DNA from: Rhizaria sp. SCN 62-66
Taxonomy: Eukaryota
Length of the DNA: 64,000 nucleotides
Assembly (NCBI GenBank): GCA_001724265.1
Contig: MEDY01000096.1
Coordinates: 1 to 64,000 of the forward strand
Direction: 5' to 3'
Shown piece after piece: positions 46,838 through 59,346 of the stretch. The position numbers were made by a program, and so were the translations under genes. Numbering within the stretch: position 1 is the first letter of the stretch; each line of letters begins with the position of its first letter. Below the pieces are notes generated by a model. The model had not been told where the DNA came from. It was given only the letters and a program-made list of their open reading frames with translations, and did no database searches.

Positions 46838-49516
46838 TCACATATCGAGCAGAATATCCGCCATCAAATCCTCCTCGGCCGAGTTCATACGCGTGTGGTG
46901 CTGACCCTTCAGTCCTTGCTTCTGTCCCTGCTGCTGCTGTTGCTGCTGCTGCTGGGGCGTCGCGAGTGAGCGCCGCGCAACGCCCGGCGAGAGCCCCAGA
47001 CTGGCGACCAGCCCCGCCAGGTCGTCATCAAGTCCGCCCAGCGTGGCGCCCGTGGTGGCCGTGCCCACCCTCTCCGGGTCCAGTCCCCGTCTGATCAGCG
47101 ACAGGCGGTTCGCCGCCGCCGTGGGGCCCGGCGACGCGGCTGCGCTGACGCCGCCCACGCCCAGCAGACAGGTCCCGTCGCCGGAGCTGTTGAGCAGCGC
47201 CTGCGCGGGCGACGCGGGCAGAAACGGCGACCTCTCGGCCAACTGAGCCCCCGCGCCGTTGTTCCCGCCGTTGGCGGCGTTGTTGTTGTTGCCTTGGAGC
47301 TGTGCGTGCGCCTGCGGGGGCGTGAAGCCGGCGCCTGTGGAGGGTAAGTACGCCTTGCGCTGGTCTAAGTACCCCCCGGGCGCGACAAAGCCATCGCTCG
47401 CCCCAGAGGAGGCGTTAGTGTTTACGTTCGCGTTGAGGTTCGAGCACACGCTCCCGTCCTGCTGCGGCGGCTGCGGCTGCTGCGGCGGTTTGGCGCCCGC
47501 ACCGTGGTTGTCGTCCTCCCAGGACGCGCTGAGGTCGAGCACGGCCATGGGGTCATACGCCGATACAGCCGTCGCCGCCGCGGCCGCCGCCATGCGCGCG
47601 CGACTCTCGGCCGCCACGGCAGAGCCCGGCGTGGTCAGCAGGTCGCTGTGGAGCCGCTGGCCGAAGGCGGACAGCGGGCGCGCGTGCCCAGGGGTGCCCC
47701 CCGGTGTGTTACTATGGACGCCGGAGGAACCCACGGGCGACGAGACGGTCGTGGCTGCCGCTGCGGCCTGTGAGCTGAGCGCGCCGCTGCTGCTGAGGGC
47801 CTGGAGCGCGGCGGGGTTGGGTAGGGACCCGCGCTGCGCAGTCTGCCACTGCTGCAACTGTGACGGCTGCGGCGCCTGCGACTGGAGGGACTGGGTCTGC
47901 GCCTGGGGACTGCCGGTGAGGAGCTGGTCCAGCTGGCCGTCCAGGTGGCTCAGCAGCGACGGGTGCTGCTGCTGCCGGTCGTTTGCAGTGGGACCGACAG
48001 CCGCAGACCCAGAGCCAAAGCCAGAGCCAGCGCCCGCGCCGGAGGCGGAGCCAGAGGCCGTTGATGACGAGGACGGGAAATAGCCATAACCGTTGCCATT
48101 ATTGCTGCTGCCGCTTGCAGTGGCAGCGGGGGGCGAGACACCCGGCGTGGCCGGTCCATACGCACTGCCGCCGCTATTATTGTTGCTGTTTGTGTTGGTA
48201 GTGTTGCGGGCGCCGGCAGCGGAGGCCGCGGCGGCCGAAGCGGACGAAGCTGAGGCGTCGTCGCCGAGGTCCTTAGTCTGGATCTTCGGCAGACCCATCG
48301 CTGCGCACAGCGCGTTGCACCGGTGGCGCAGCAAAAACGCCCTGTAGACAACGATGCAAACAACGAACAGGGGAGCAAATGCAAGATTAGAACAGGACCG
48401 CTCGAGCACGAGATGAAGGGCTATCACGACTAAACGACCAGATGATATCGAAAGCAGGCATGATATGACAAATGCCACTAGGTAATTGAAATACAATTGC
48501 AATGTTCACAAGTATATGTGTGTTTTGTTATGTTTTCTGAGGCCGTACCTGATGCCCGTGTAGCCTAGGTTTCCGACGCCGAAGCCCTTGCCCGAGAGCG
48601 TGTGGATCTGGGGATCGGTGTACGTCTCGCCCACGCCCTGGATATCGCAGATCAGGATCTTGCCGTCGCTCTTGGCGTACGTGAAATGCGAGAACGCGTT
48701 GGCCACCACCACAGCCTCGGAGTCGGCCGCGCTGGCCACGGTCCCGCCGGCGCACACGCCGCTGCCGGCCACCGCCGAGCTGCTACTGCTGCTGCTGCTG
48801 CTGCTTCCGTTGCCAACGCCGGCGTTGGGCCCCGTGGCAACGGGGGGCGCGTCGGCAACCGCGCCGACGTTGTTGTTGTGCTTGGCGAACTCGCCCTTGA
48901 TGTGGGGTTCGCAACCCGCCAGCGGGCGCCCCGGGCGGTCCACCATTTCCACCACAAATGCCTCTACGAACGACACCGGCCGGACCGCGCTCAGCCCGCC
49001 GCTGCCGCCCGCGCCCGCGCCGGAGCCGGCGGCGGCGCTGGCGAGCGCGGCGGGTGACGGGAGGAACTGGTTGAACTTGGCAGCCCAGCCTGCGGCGTAG
49101 ACCTGGGCTTCAACATCCTGCGCGTACAGAGTCTTGGGCGTCGAGGGGTCCATCGCCAGCTTCGCCACGTACAGCGACGGCGCCTGGCCCGGAGTGCGCG
49201 CGAGCAGGGCGCGGTACGCCTCGCGGAAAGCGCCTATGATGCATCACAAACGCAAAACAGGATTTGATAATGCATATGAGCGAAGTGCACGTCAAAAGAA
49301 AGCACGTAGTAAAAAAATAAAGATTTACAGCGATATACAGAGTTTGAGTGCAGCCATGCACAATAATTGTGCTGAGATCGCGCGTTTGTTGACGCCCGTA
49401 CCGTTAGCGAAGGGCTTTGTCTCGATGGACATCTCGGAGGCCTGTTTGGTCCATTGCTGGCCGTCGTACGAGTGGATGAGTACACGCTCTGCAGGGCGGT
49501 ACACGGGGGCGTCCAT
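46838..49516 (-). CDS. Alpha-kinase (eEF2K/myosin heavy chain kinase family) with long disordered C-terminal tail (767 aa). Exons 49516-49402, 49233-48549, 48341-46838
   Basis: Spliced motifs KPFANGAFREAY, YVAK, EPHIKGEFAKHNNNVG, NAFSHFTY, ILICDIQGVG, YTDPQIHT, GFGVGNLG and the Zn-binding HRCNALC. Introns 49234-49401 and 48342-48548. Stop TGA. Confidence 0.92.
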
Positions 49517-50383
49517 CTCGGCGGCACGGGGGCAGGCTCACAGACGTTAGGTCGGTGGACTCGCGCGCTGTGTCGCAGCAGAGCTCAGGGAGCTGGGAGG
49601 GGAAACAACTGCAAGGCACGAGGGTGTGTGGTGCCGTTGCCGCGGGGGGACAGAGCGCGCTGGGTCTGTCACGTGCGGTGAGTGCGACAAAGCAGGGCTC
49701 AAAGGAATGCAGAAAACGCTCGTGTACAGAGGCACTGCGGGTTGTTTCGCTGTGAACTGGGAGCTGGAGGGCTAGTGGAGCTTTGTCGAGCGAGGTTGGG
49801 GAGCAGGGCAAAGGGGCACGTGGGATTAGATAGCTGTGAGAGTCAGGATGGAGGCTGCGGATCAAAGTAGTGAGAAAGCAAAAGTATATAGTATCTGTAC
49901 ACCATGTATGCCTGTCCGGAGGGTTAGATATGTGCGTGTGGGAGACAGAGCGGACGGTTTCTTAGTGAGCAGCTGAGACCTTTACTGGTCAAGCGGGTGG
50001 GCAAGATATCCGCTCAGTTGACAGCGAAGATCAACCACGATGACTATAAAAAAAGAGGTGCAAATACACAGCAGCAGTGCTACCAAGATACGACTGTTAT
50101 GCCCGAATTGAACGTCTGAATGCTTCAGTCACAGTTGATTTCGGCCGACTTGAGAAAGCCGTTGACAGGTGGCTGTTGGCTGGCCGTCGTGAGGCATGCC
50201 GCGCCTCTTTGGAGGCCAACTTTACAGCTCTGCACCGCATGTTTAGATCGTTATAGACACATTTGTGCCGTTTAAATGGAAAAGATACGGAGTAATTTTA
50301 CTTGATTTGTATTTTCTTTTCTTCAAGTCTTCTCACGTCTCTCGTAATCCTGTCTTTACTCTCATCGCCTTTCACACAGGAGA

Positions 50384-50650
50384 ATGTCGTCGTCTTCCAC
50401 CCGCGCGCACGAGGACGCCGCGACCCAGCAGGCCGCCGAGACGATGGAGTCTCTATTCGAGATTTCCCAGCTTCTCAACACGGGACTGGACCGCACTACA
50501 CTCTCAGTGCTCACCAGTCTATGCGAGTGTGGCGTCAGCCCAGAGGCGCTCGCCACAGCCGTCAAGGAGCTACGCCGCGAGAAGAGGCTCATCGACGCTG
50601 AAATCGCCGCGGCAAACGCGCAGAGCACGCACAGCAATAGTTTCCGGTGA
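50384..50650 (+). CDS. MZT1: Mitotic-spindle organizing protein 1 (MOZART1/GIP, gamma-tubulin complex), 88 aa
   Basis: ETMESLFEISQLLNTGLDRTTLSVLTSLCECGVSPEALATAVKELRRE is the MOZART1 signature. Stop TGA. Confidence 0.93.
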   Translation: MSSSSTRAHEDAATQQAAETMESLFEISQLLNTGLDRTTLSVLTSLCECGVSPEALATAVKELRREKRLIDAEIAAANAQSTHSNSFR

Positions 50651-51435
50651 GCCACCTTTGGCTGTGTGCGATTGCTGACTTTGGTGGATTGTATGTGCTC
50701 TCAGAGAGCTCTAGTTTTAACGCCACCTCCCCGATTTCGTTCTGGCCATTCCACATTTGTCGTGGATATACTTGTCTCAATCGCTTGTATTTGACATGTA
50801 CAACATATATGCCAATACTACAACCGTGTCATAGTCGCACGCGATGTGCTTATTTAGTTTTATTTTATTGAGTCTCTATCTAGTCTTTTTGCTGTCACAG
50901 CTTTGCAACTTCTTCAGCACCCTTCCGTCACGACGCAAGCTTGACGACGTTTGGTATCGTAAAAATTTGAGCGTGCCATTGAATGGTTTATATTCTACGA
51001 CGCTGTTGAGTGCTGTTGCACAATAATCGAGTTTGACTGCGCACAGGCCGGCGGTGTCCTGACTGCTTTGATCTGAGCGAGATCTTCATATCAAAATACA
51101 CAGGATGTATCTTTTCAGTTTGAAAAATAAAGGTGCCAACTCATATCACGTGACTTTATTTGCGATATATTTTAATTGCATCGCCATTTACATCTATTTA
51201 CCTGACAGTCGCCTCTGTTTAACTTCAATAACGCATTTGTGGTGGATGCTGTGCTGCGGTTAGTGGTGGCGAGAGCGGGTGGCTGGCCACGCAAGCCGAC
51301 CTCCGAATCCAGCACGCCATCTCAGCACTTCCCCATCGTTGTTTCGTCATGCCAGCACTAAGAATAGACATATCATCTTACGTCATTTCTTTCTTTTCTT
51401 TTGTGTGTTTCATTTCCCCTGTATTTGCGTTCAGT

Positions 51436-52061
51436 ATGGAGGCTGAGGCTTTGCAGTCGGCGTCGTTCGTCGTCGAGGTTCCCATCGATATGGTGCGCCT
51501 GTCGATCGACGAGATTGTCGTTGTCAAGTGCCGTGGCGATCGCGAGCTCCGCGGCAAGCTCCACGTACGTCTATTACCACTTCCACCCGGCTGTTTCCAC
51601 TCTTTATTCCCCTTTCGTAGCCCACAATCTGACTGCCTCGATCCGTCTGTTGCTCACCTTCACTCACTTCTCTGTTATTCTGCTCTCGCTTCTAGGCCTA
51701 CGACGAGCACATGAACCTCGTTCTTGGCGATGTCCTTGAGAAGATCTCCACTGTTGTCGTTGACCCCGAGACTCTCGTTGAGTCTGTGAAGGTCCGTCTC
51801 CCCACATGACCCTCCCTATCTTTGATCTTGACATCACCTTTCATCGACATGTAACTCATTAGGATTGTACTCTATCGATATCTCATACGACTTTTGTCTG
51901 AGACTATCATATGTATATGCTTCATTTAGCTTACGAGTATTTCCCGTCTTTTGTTTGTCTTGCTTTTCGCTATTGTTATTCAGGTCGAGGAGCGCACGTT
52001 CGACCTGCTTTTCATCCGTGGTGACTCGGTCATCCTCCTCTCCCCACCCCTGCGCGTCTAA
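51436..52061 (+). CDS. LSM3: U6 snRNA-associated Sm-like protein LSm3 (100 aa). Exons 51436-51564, 51696-51791, 51984-52061
   Basis: Spliced protein ...[41 protein letters not shown]...|[25 protein letters not shown] matches the LSm3 Sm1/Sm2 motifs. Stop TAA. Confidence 0.95.
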
Positions 52062-52752
52062 TCGTCCATGTCTATGTACACTGCTATATACCCCGCTATT
52101 GAATGCGGCGATGACGACCGCATTGCGCACCGCACTCGTAATCTGCGCGACTCACAGCACGCAGCCGATGTTTCATACTGTGTCATATGACAGTTGCATT
52201 GCACGACCTTTACCACTACAACTCAGCTGCGCTATCACAGTTACTCGGTCGTGACGTGAGTATGGATGCGCAAAAACACAACACATCCACATATCATTAA
52301 TACCAATCAAAACACATCCAATATAGAGTATAAGACGTATATAATACGTGTATTGTCGTATTAAACATGTTCCTAGCAACCACTTTGAATACATATTTTG
52401 ACCCCGTTATTTACACACTTTGCACGGATGCTCAATGTTGTTACTCAACTCGAATCTATTGATTTCGTTGAGATAGCGTTTGTTGTATCCCATTCGCCTG
52501 GCAAATTATTGGCAAGCAGATAGGCGGCGGCAGAAGATTTCACACGCTATACTTAAAACACAGGAAAATAGTTTAGATTTTATTAAACATACACTGGAAC
52601 ACCTCATTAAAATAATAATACAAGTGTTATAATTTAAAATACCTGTACAGGGCAGCAAAAACAAACAAACACACACGTGCCTGTTACGTACTAGTCTCAC
52701 ACAACCAAACAAGACAAACTCGGATTGTTTGGTACGCCAGAGCAAAGCCCGC

Positions 52753-55700
52753 TCAGACGCCGTCGGGCCGGCGCACGCACTCGGACACGGTCTTCCTAAA
52801 CATCATGAGCGTGCCCGTGACGGCGTCAATGCTCGTCCCGTCGTCGTCGTCGCCGTCACCGTGCCCGTCGCCGCCGCCGCCGCTGGAGCCGCCCTCAAAG
52901 CAGCGCCTGGCGAGCTCGGCGACCTCGCCCGCCGCGGTTTGGATCGCGCCCACGCGCTGCTCGGCTGAGACCACGCCCGCGAGCGACATCCCCCCCACGC
53001 CCGCGCCGCTCATCGCGCCAGCGCCGCTACCGGCGGCGGCGGCGTCGGCCTGCGCGGAAGAGACCGCGCCGGCGCAGAGTCGGTCGACGTATTCGGCCCA
53101 TGCGCTCGAACACGTGTAGATGAACGGCAAAACGACCCGCGTGAGCGCGCCGCCGCGCACCTCGCCGGTCTCGAACACGAACTGCGTCAGCACGGTCGAC
53201 AGCAAGGCGGCGAGCACGTCTTGCACGCCGCCGACCTGCCGCTGCAGCTGGGCGACAAGCCCCGCCGCGCGCTGGCGCCCGCGCGACACGCCGCGCCCGC
53301 CGCCGCGCGCGAAAGCCGCGTCGCGCGAGGAGCCCTCGAGCAGCTTCGTTGTCTCCTTAGTGAAGACAAAGAGGTTCGACAGCGCCTCGATGGCGAAGAC
53401 GTGCGCCTTGTGCAGTGCGTGACCGGCCGGGAAGCCGCTGTACAGCTCCGCCGCCGCGGCCAGGTACTGCACGCACGCGCGGAACGAGTCGGACGGCAGC
53501 TTGAGCAGCGCGGCGGGCGCGGACTCAAATGCTGCGTCCAGCAGCTGGAACAGCGCGGCGACGAGCTCCGGCCGCGACAGCACGTCCGCGCGGTCGATCG
53601 TCAGGATGAACCCCAGCACGGAGCTGAGCATGCGGTCCAGCGACGGGTCGTTGAAGGCCTCGAGGCAGCCCAGCGGGCAGAACCCACCGGACAGACAACG
53701 GAACGCGATCTCAAGACAGCTCGCCGCAGCGCTGATCTTGTTGCTGTAGCGTTCGCGCGCGGCGGCGCTGTTGCTGCCGCCGTCACCACCGCCCGCGGCA
53801 CCGTGTTTGGCGCCCGCAGTCCCCGCGGTGGTGTCCTCCCCGTTATCATCGTCGTCGTCGTCCGTCTCGGCGTCGACGCCCCCGCGCGCGTTGATGCCCA
53901 GTCCGCCGACGCTGCCGCCCTTGCCACCCGCGCCCGCGCCGGCGTCCGCGCCCGCGCCCGCCGCGCCGCCGCCGGGCCCGCCATGCACGGCGACCGCGGC
54001 CGCGCCCGCGCCGGCGCCGTTGACGCCCGCACCCGCAGCGTTGACCGCGGCCGTGAGCGCGGCGGTGGCGTCGGCGTCGGCGTGCGCCTTGACGCCCGCG
54101 GCACGCGTGCAGTAGACCTCGACGACGAGCGCGCACGCCTTGAAGAAGTGCACGCCCGCGGGCGAAGTCGGTGCGAAGAAGATCCGGCTCGACCGGTTGT
54201 CGGACATCTCGACGAAGAGGCCGAGCACTGCCTCGAGCACGTCTGCCTCGCCCCACCACGCCTCGACGGCCTGCGTGAGCAGCGCAACGTAGTCCGGAAA
54301 GGCCCACTCGAACACGTGGAGGTAGTTGGTGCGCGTGGAGCAGGCAGCAAAAAGTCCATGCAGCGCGGTGCAGAGCCCGTGTGCGAGCACGGCGGCCCGC
54401 GGGTCCGGCGCGGGCCGTTGCAGCTCCACGGCGAGCAGCCCGAAGCCGGCGTCAAGCGGCAGCAGCAGCGCTGTGAGCTTCGGCTGTGCGGGGCGCGATC
54501 GCGTGACAATCGACGCCAGACACTCGTAGTAGAGTCGGCGGAACGGAGCCAGCCGCGTGTCGCGGCCCAGGGGCGACGCGGTGTGCGAGTTGAGCAGCGC
54601 GGCCGCGGCCGGGAGCCCCCACATGGTGCTGGCAACCGAGTACGTTGTGCTCATGTCGTGCAGCAGCTCCAGCGCCGCCGACAGCACCGGCTCGCGCCGG
54701 TGGTCCGGGTGCGCCCAGTGCGTCAGCGAGCTCGACAGCAGCTGCAGGATCACCCCCACGGCGTCGCGCGCGTTGAACGTCACGATGCGCGCCAGCGGGG
54801 ACAGAGGGATCTCGGTCGCCGACCGTGGTACAGGGAACATGAGCGGCATAAGCTCGTCCGCCGTCCAGTCCGTACCTTCGTCGACGAACTCCAGGTCGAG
54901 CAGGTCGTCGAGACTGCCCGTGATAGTCAGTGAGCCGACGCCGGAGGCCACCGACGACGCCGGGGACGTCATCGTGGGCGTCGCCAGCGCCTTGCCGGCC
55001 CGCCCCGTGCTCTTACCGCCGCCGCTGCCGTGCGGGGGCAGGGGCCGGATCCAGGACAGGGTCTCTCCGATCATCTGGAACACGGGCGCGGCCGACCCCC
55101 GCGAGTGGCGCAGTTGCGAGACGGTGCAGTAGCGCTGCGAGAAAGCGCGCGCGAACGCCAGCAACGCCAGGTCCAGCGTCGGGTTGCGCGGCGGCACGGC
55201 GTGGTTGACCGACGGCGTCCGCAGGAGACTCGCCTCGCCCAAACCCAGCGCACCGCTCGCACTGTTCGCGCCGCCGCCGTTATTCTTGTTGTTGTTGGCG
55301 CTGGAGCTGGAGCTCGCGCCGCTGCCGCATGCCATAGGGGCCGGAAGCCCGTCGAGGCAGACGCCGCTGAAGGCGCCGTCGCCGGGACCCCAGCCAGGCC
55401 GCTCCACGGGGTTTCCGCTGCGGTCAACGGGCACGATCTCGGCCGCCAACAGCGTCAGCACCTGCGCTGTGGCGCCCGCACCGGCGCCCGCGGCCTGGAC
55501 CGTCGCGGCAGTGCCGCCGGACTCGGACGCCACGCGCAGCGCCGCGAAGCCCGTTGCCGCCGCGGACTCGAGCTGGCCGTAGACCTGCGAGTGTGCGGCG
55601 GAATCGAAAAACGGGAAATCGGAGATTTCGAGAGGATATATGAGATTATGGGCACAAAGTTCGGAATACAAGTTTGAAATAAAGACATAAACATCAATTC

Positions 55701-58700
55701 ATATTAACTCTTTTAAATAAAGGTGACAATATGAAGATATAGCTCGCCGCCGTACCTGCGCGGAGATGGCACCGAGCCTGACTGGCAGCAGAGGGAGCAC
55801 GGCCCACACGGTCACGGCGATAACCACTTCGGCGGCCTCGAGCGCGTGGCTCAGCCCAGACCGCGTGCGCTGGTCTGCAGGCCGGCCCGACGCGGCGCCT
55901 GCGTTGAGCAGCGAGAGGAAGAGCGAGCTGCCCGACAGACCGCCCGTGGCCGAGGCCGCCCCGGCCATCGACCCGCTGCCGTTCACACCGGCACTCGCTC
56001 CACCGGCACCAACACCGGCACCGGTAGCCCCGGCGCCCGCGCCGCCGGCGCCGCTGGTGATGCCCGAAGTGGAGGCCGTGGCGGCGGTGAACGGCGAGTA
56101 GAAGCGCCCACCCCCGCCCGCGCCCCCGCCCGCGAGTGCTAGCGTCGGCCCGAACGACTGTAGGTTCCCCGGATGCACGCCGGGCGGGGCGAGGGCGGCG
56201 GCGGCGGCGGCGGCCTCGGCGGCCTCGCGCGTCTTGGCCGCGCCGTCGCCGATGCCGAACAGCGCGCGCAGCGTCGAGACGCCGCCTAGCGCGGCCGCGG
56301 CGCCGCTCAGCAGTGAGTTGGTCGACAGCGTCGCCGGTCGCGGGCCGCCCAGCCGGTCCGGGGTCAACACAGCCGCCGCGAGCGCGATGAGGTAGCCCAA
56401 CCGCGCCTCGCAGGCAAGCGTCTCGACCGCAAACGCGATGCGCTTGGCGGGGGGCTCGGCCGGTAACGAGTCGACGCAGCTGGCGAGCGCGCGGAAGCCC
56501 GCCACTTCGCGCTCGAGCGAGGCGATGAGCGCGTGCGCGCCGCCCGTGGGGTGGAAGCGCGCGATGAGCGCGAGCGACAACAGCTGCTCGCTGTAGCCGG
56601 GCTCGTCCGTCAGCTGCGCAAGTCGCGCCAGCGCGTCCTCAGTGGAATTCGCTGCCGCGGTCGCCGCCGAGATGAAGGTGAAGCGCGCGGTGATGTAGCT
56701 GCCCATGACGTCGGTGGCCGAGTCAAGCACTTGCGTCTGCAGCGGGGCTGCGGCGCCCGCGCCCGAGGCGGCCTCGGCGGCCTTGGTCCAGAACGCCAGC
56801 AGCTGCAGCAGCGCGGGCGCAGTCAGCGGGCCCGCGTCCCCGCGCGCGGCGGCGGCGGCGGCGGCGGCGATGGCGGCGTCGGTGAGCGCGCGCGTGACCG
56901 TGAGCCACTGCGCAACGGCGGCGGCCGCGGGCAGGCTCTGCTTGCTGCCGCCGCTCGTCACGTCCAGTGGCTGTGTGCGGTGCGTCGTTGAGGGCGGGCT
57001 CGCGTCCACAACGGCGATCGACGCGGTCACGGGGCGCATCGGCACTGACGCGCCGGGAGGCGCCTAAGCGTTATGGTCGAGAGCGAAAACAAAAATAGAG
57101 GTATGCGTGAGTTATATGCAATAAAAGGGAAAATTTTTAATTGGAAACATACAAGTAAAGACACATATACATTTTCATTATAACAAGAGCTATTGAGAGG
57201 ACATACCTGCACGCCTGCGTCGTATGCCGCCGCGACGCCCCCGTGGAGGCCCGGCATGGCGCGGGGCCCCAGCGACTGCAGCGAAACGAGCCGCAGCGGG
57301 CATGGCACGGCCGGGTTGAACGCCTCCGTCACCTCGGCCCACGAGAAGGCCGACGTGACGCGGAAGATAAGCCGCGCGGCGACCGTGAAGAGCTCGGGCT
57401 CAGCGCTTAACAGAGGCTCGCCGGACGGGTCCGCGGGGTCGGGGGACGCGAGCGCGGCCAGCAGTGGCATCGCGCCGAGCAGCGAGTGGCGCAGCGCGCG
57501 CGTGTGCGCGGAGGTGTTAGTCCAGGAGGAGGAGCGGTAGCTCAGGATGGAGATCACTACCTCGAGCACCAGCTGCGGCGTCTCGGTGTCGTCCTAGATA
57601 AACACAAAGAGATAAATTGCGCAAAACGGAGGGTTTAACAATAAAGATGAGTAATACATACATTAGTTCGCAATGTCAGATAAAAAACGCAAGTAATTGC
57701 ACATTTGACTAACTATGATGCGAATACGCAGATATCATGCGGATATATCTTGCGATTTGTAAGCGTACCTGGTCGACGCCGCCGGCTAGCGTCCACAGCG
57801 CCTGCTGCAGCGCGGGCCCCTCGAGCGCCTCGCGCCAGGGCTTGGAGTTAAGCAGCATGAGCGAGGCCGTGTCATCGGGCCAGTCATCGGGCGACAGGAA
57901 GTGGAAGTCGTATCGCAGGCACGCCTGGATGAGGGTCAACGCGCTCCGGACCACCTTCTTCTGGTCGCCACTGCTCACGGTCCGCGTGCCGTTGCCGTTG
58001 CCGTTGGCGCCGTTGCCGGCGAAGGAAGGCCTGCCCGCGGCGACTGAGTAGAGCACGTCGACGGCGGCGTGAAAGATGGCCAGCAGAGGAATGGCGCCGA
58101 AGGACAGCGTGGCGCGCCGCATCGCCGCGAACGACAGGTCGGCCACGCGCATCGCCGCGTCGGTGGGCCGCGTGGACCCGAACTCGGCCACCATCTCGCC
58201 CCAGACGGTCATGGCCGCCGCGCAGTGGGCCGGTGACAGCGCGAGCAGGGCGGAGACGGCCGAGGGCACCTGGCGCAGGTCGGTCGTCTCGCCCCACGTC
58301 ACGCGGGTCACGCGCGCGAGCACCTGCGCCGCGGCGGCAACGAGGAAGGGCGGGAGCTGCCCCGCGTAGGAAGTGAGGAACTGGAGCAGCAGCGAGCAGG
58401 CGCGCTCGAGCACGTCAAGGGAGAGCTGCTTCCAGTGACGCGTCACAATGCGGCGCAGGCTGCGGCGGCGCCGCGGAGACACGGGGGGAAGCAAAGAGCG
58501 GGAGACAGAACAGTCGTACAGTGAGCGCGTATCAAGCGAAGCTGAGGCGTTTTGTTGGCGAAGGGAAGACGCGAGAGGGGAGTGCGGTATACTGGGAAAT
58601 ATGAAAGCAGACAAGAAGAATAAGAGCGTACCTCTGAAGAACAAACTGTAGTGTGTAAGGATCTTGTGTCATTTGCAGCACGTCGAGAAACGGCGGCACG

Positions 58701-58843
58701 TTTTGCGGCGCGATCGAGAACCCGGACAAGGCTTGGCGCGCACGGCGACGCTCGTCGGCGTCGGGAGAGCCGAACAGTGCGCGGCACATCGCAGCCATCT
58801 GCGCCACAAGGTCCGCTGATATCGCGGGGCCCTGCGCACTCAT
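52753..58843 (-). CDS. XPO7: Exportin-7 (RanBP16/17)-like importin-beta family protein (~1809 aa). Exons 58843-58632, 58459-57769, 57593-57207, 57063-55756, 55584-52753
   Basis: IBN_N-like start (CRALFGSPDADERRRARQAL...DPYTLQF), VLARVTRVTW, ACLRYDF, ACEARLGYLI, EMSDNRSSRIFFAPTSPAGVHFFK and CLSGGFCPLGCLEAFNDPSLD. Four frame-consistent introns. Stop TGA. Confidence 0.85.
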
Positions 58844-59346
58844 GACGGGATGTCTGTGCGGGGGGCGGTGGAGGTAGTTATGAGTGGTGCGAAGAGAAAA
58901 CGCAGTTGATCCAGTGTGTGGTAGGTGAGAATCAGATCGTCCAGTTTTGCATCGAGATATTAGTGGCCATAAACCGAGATTAATAGCTGTTTAAAATAAC
59001 AATTAACTATATGATTACACAACGTATGTGGATCTACACGTATTATCTGCGACTGTCGTTCATAAAGATGTGTGCAATTGACGCAGCAAAACGGGCACCG
59101 ACATTTGGTGGTTCTGGGGTGTTCCACCGTCAGCTGACCTGAGATTTCCACTTGACTAATGAAACATCATGTCCAGGCGTTATAATTTCATCCCCATCAC
59201 AAAATAGCTAATGAGAATACATTTTAAATACGCCTGCTGCTCTTGACGTTCAAATATTCACACAATCCCCTGTTCTCCGTACGCACGTCTCCATCCCTCT
59301 CCCACCGCCACCGCAGCGCCCCGTCTTCGCACGCCCTGGGCTCCCC

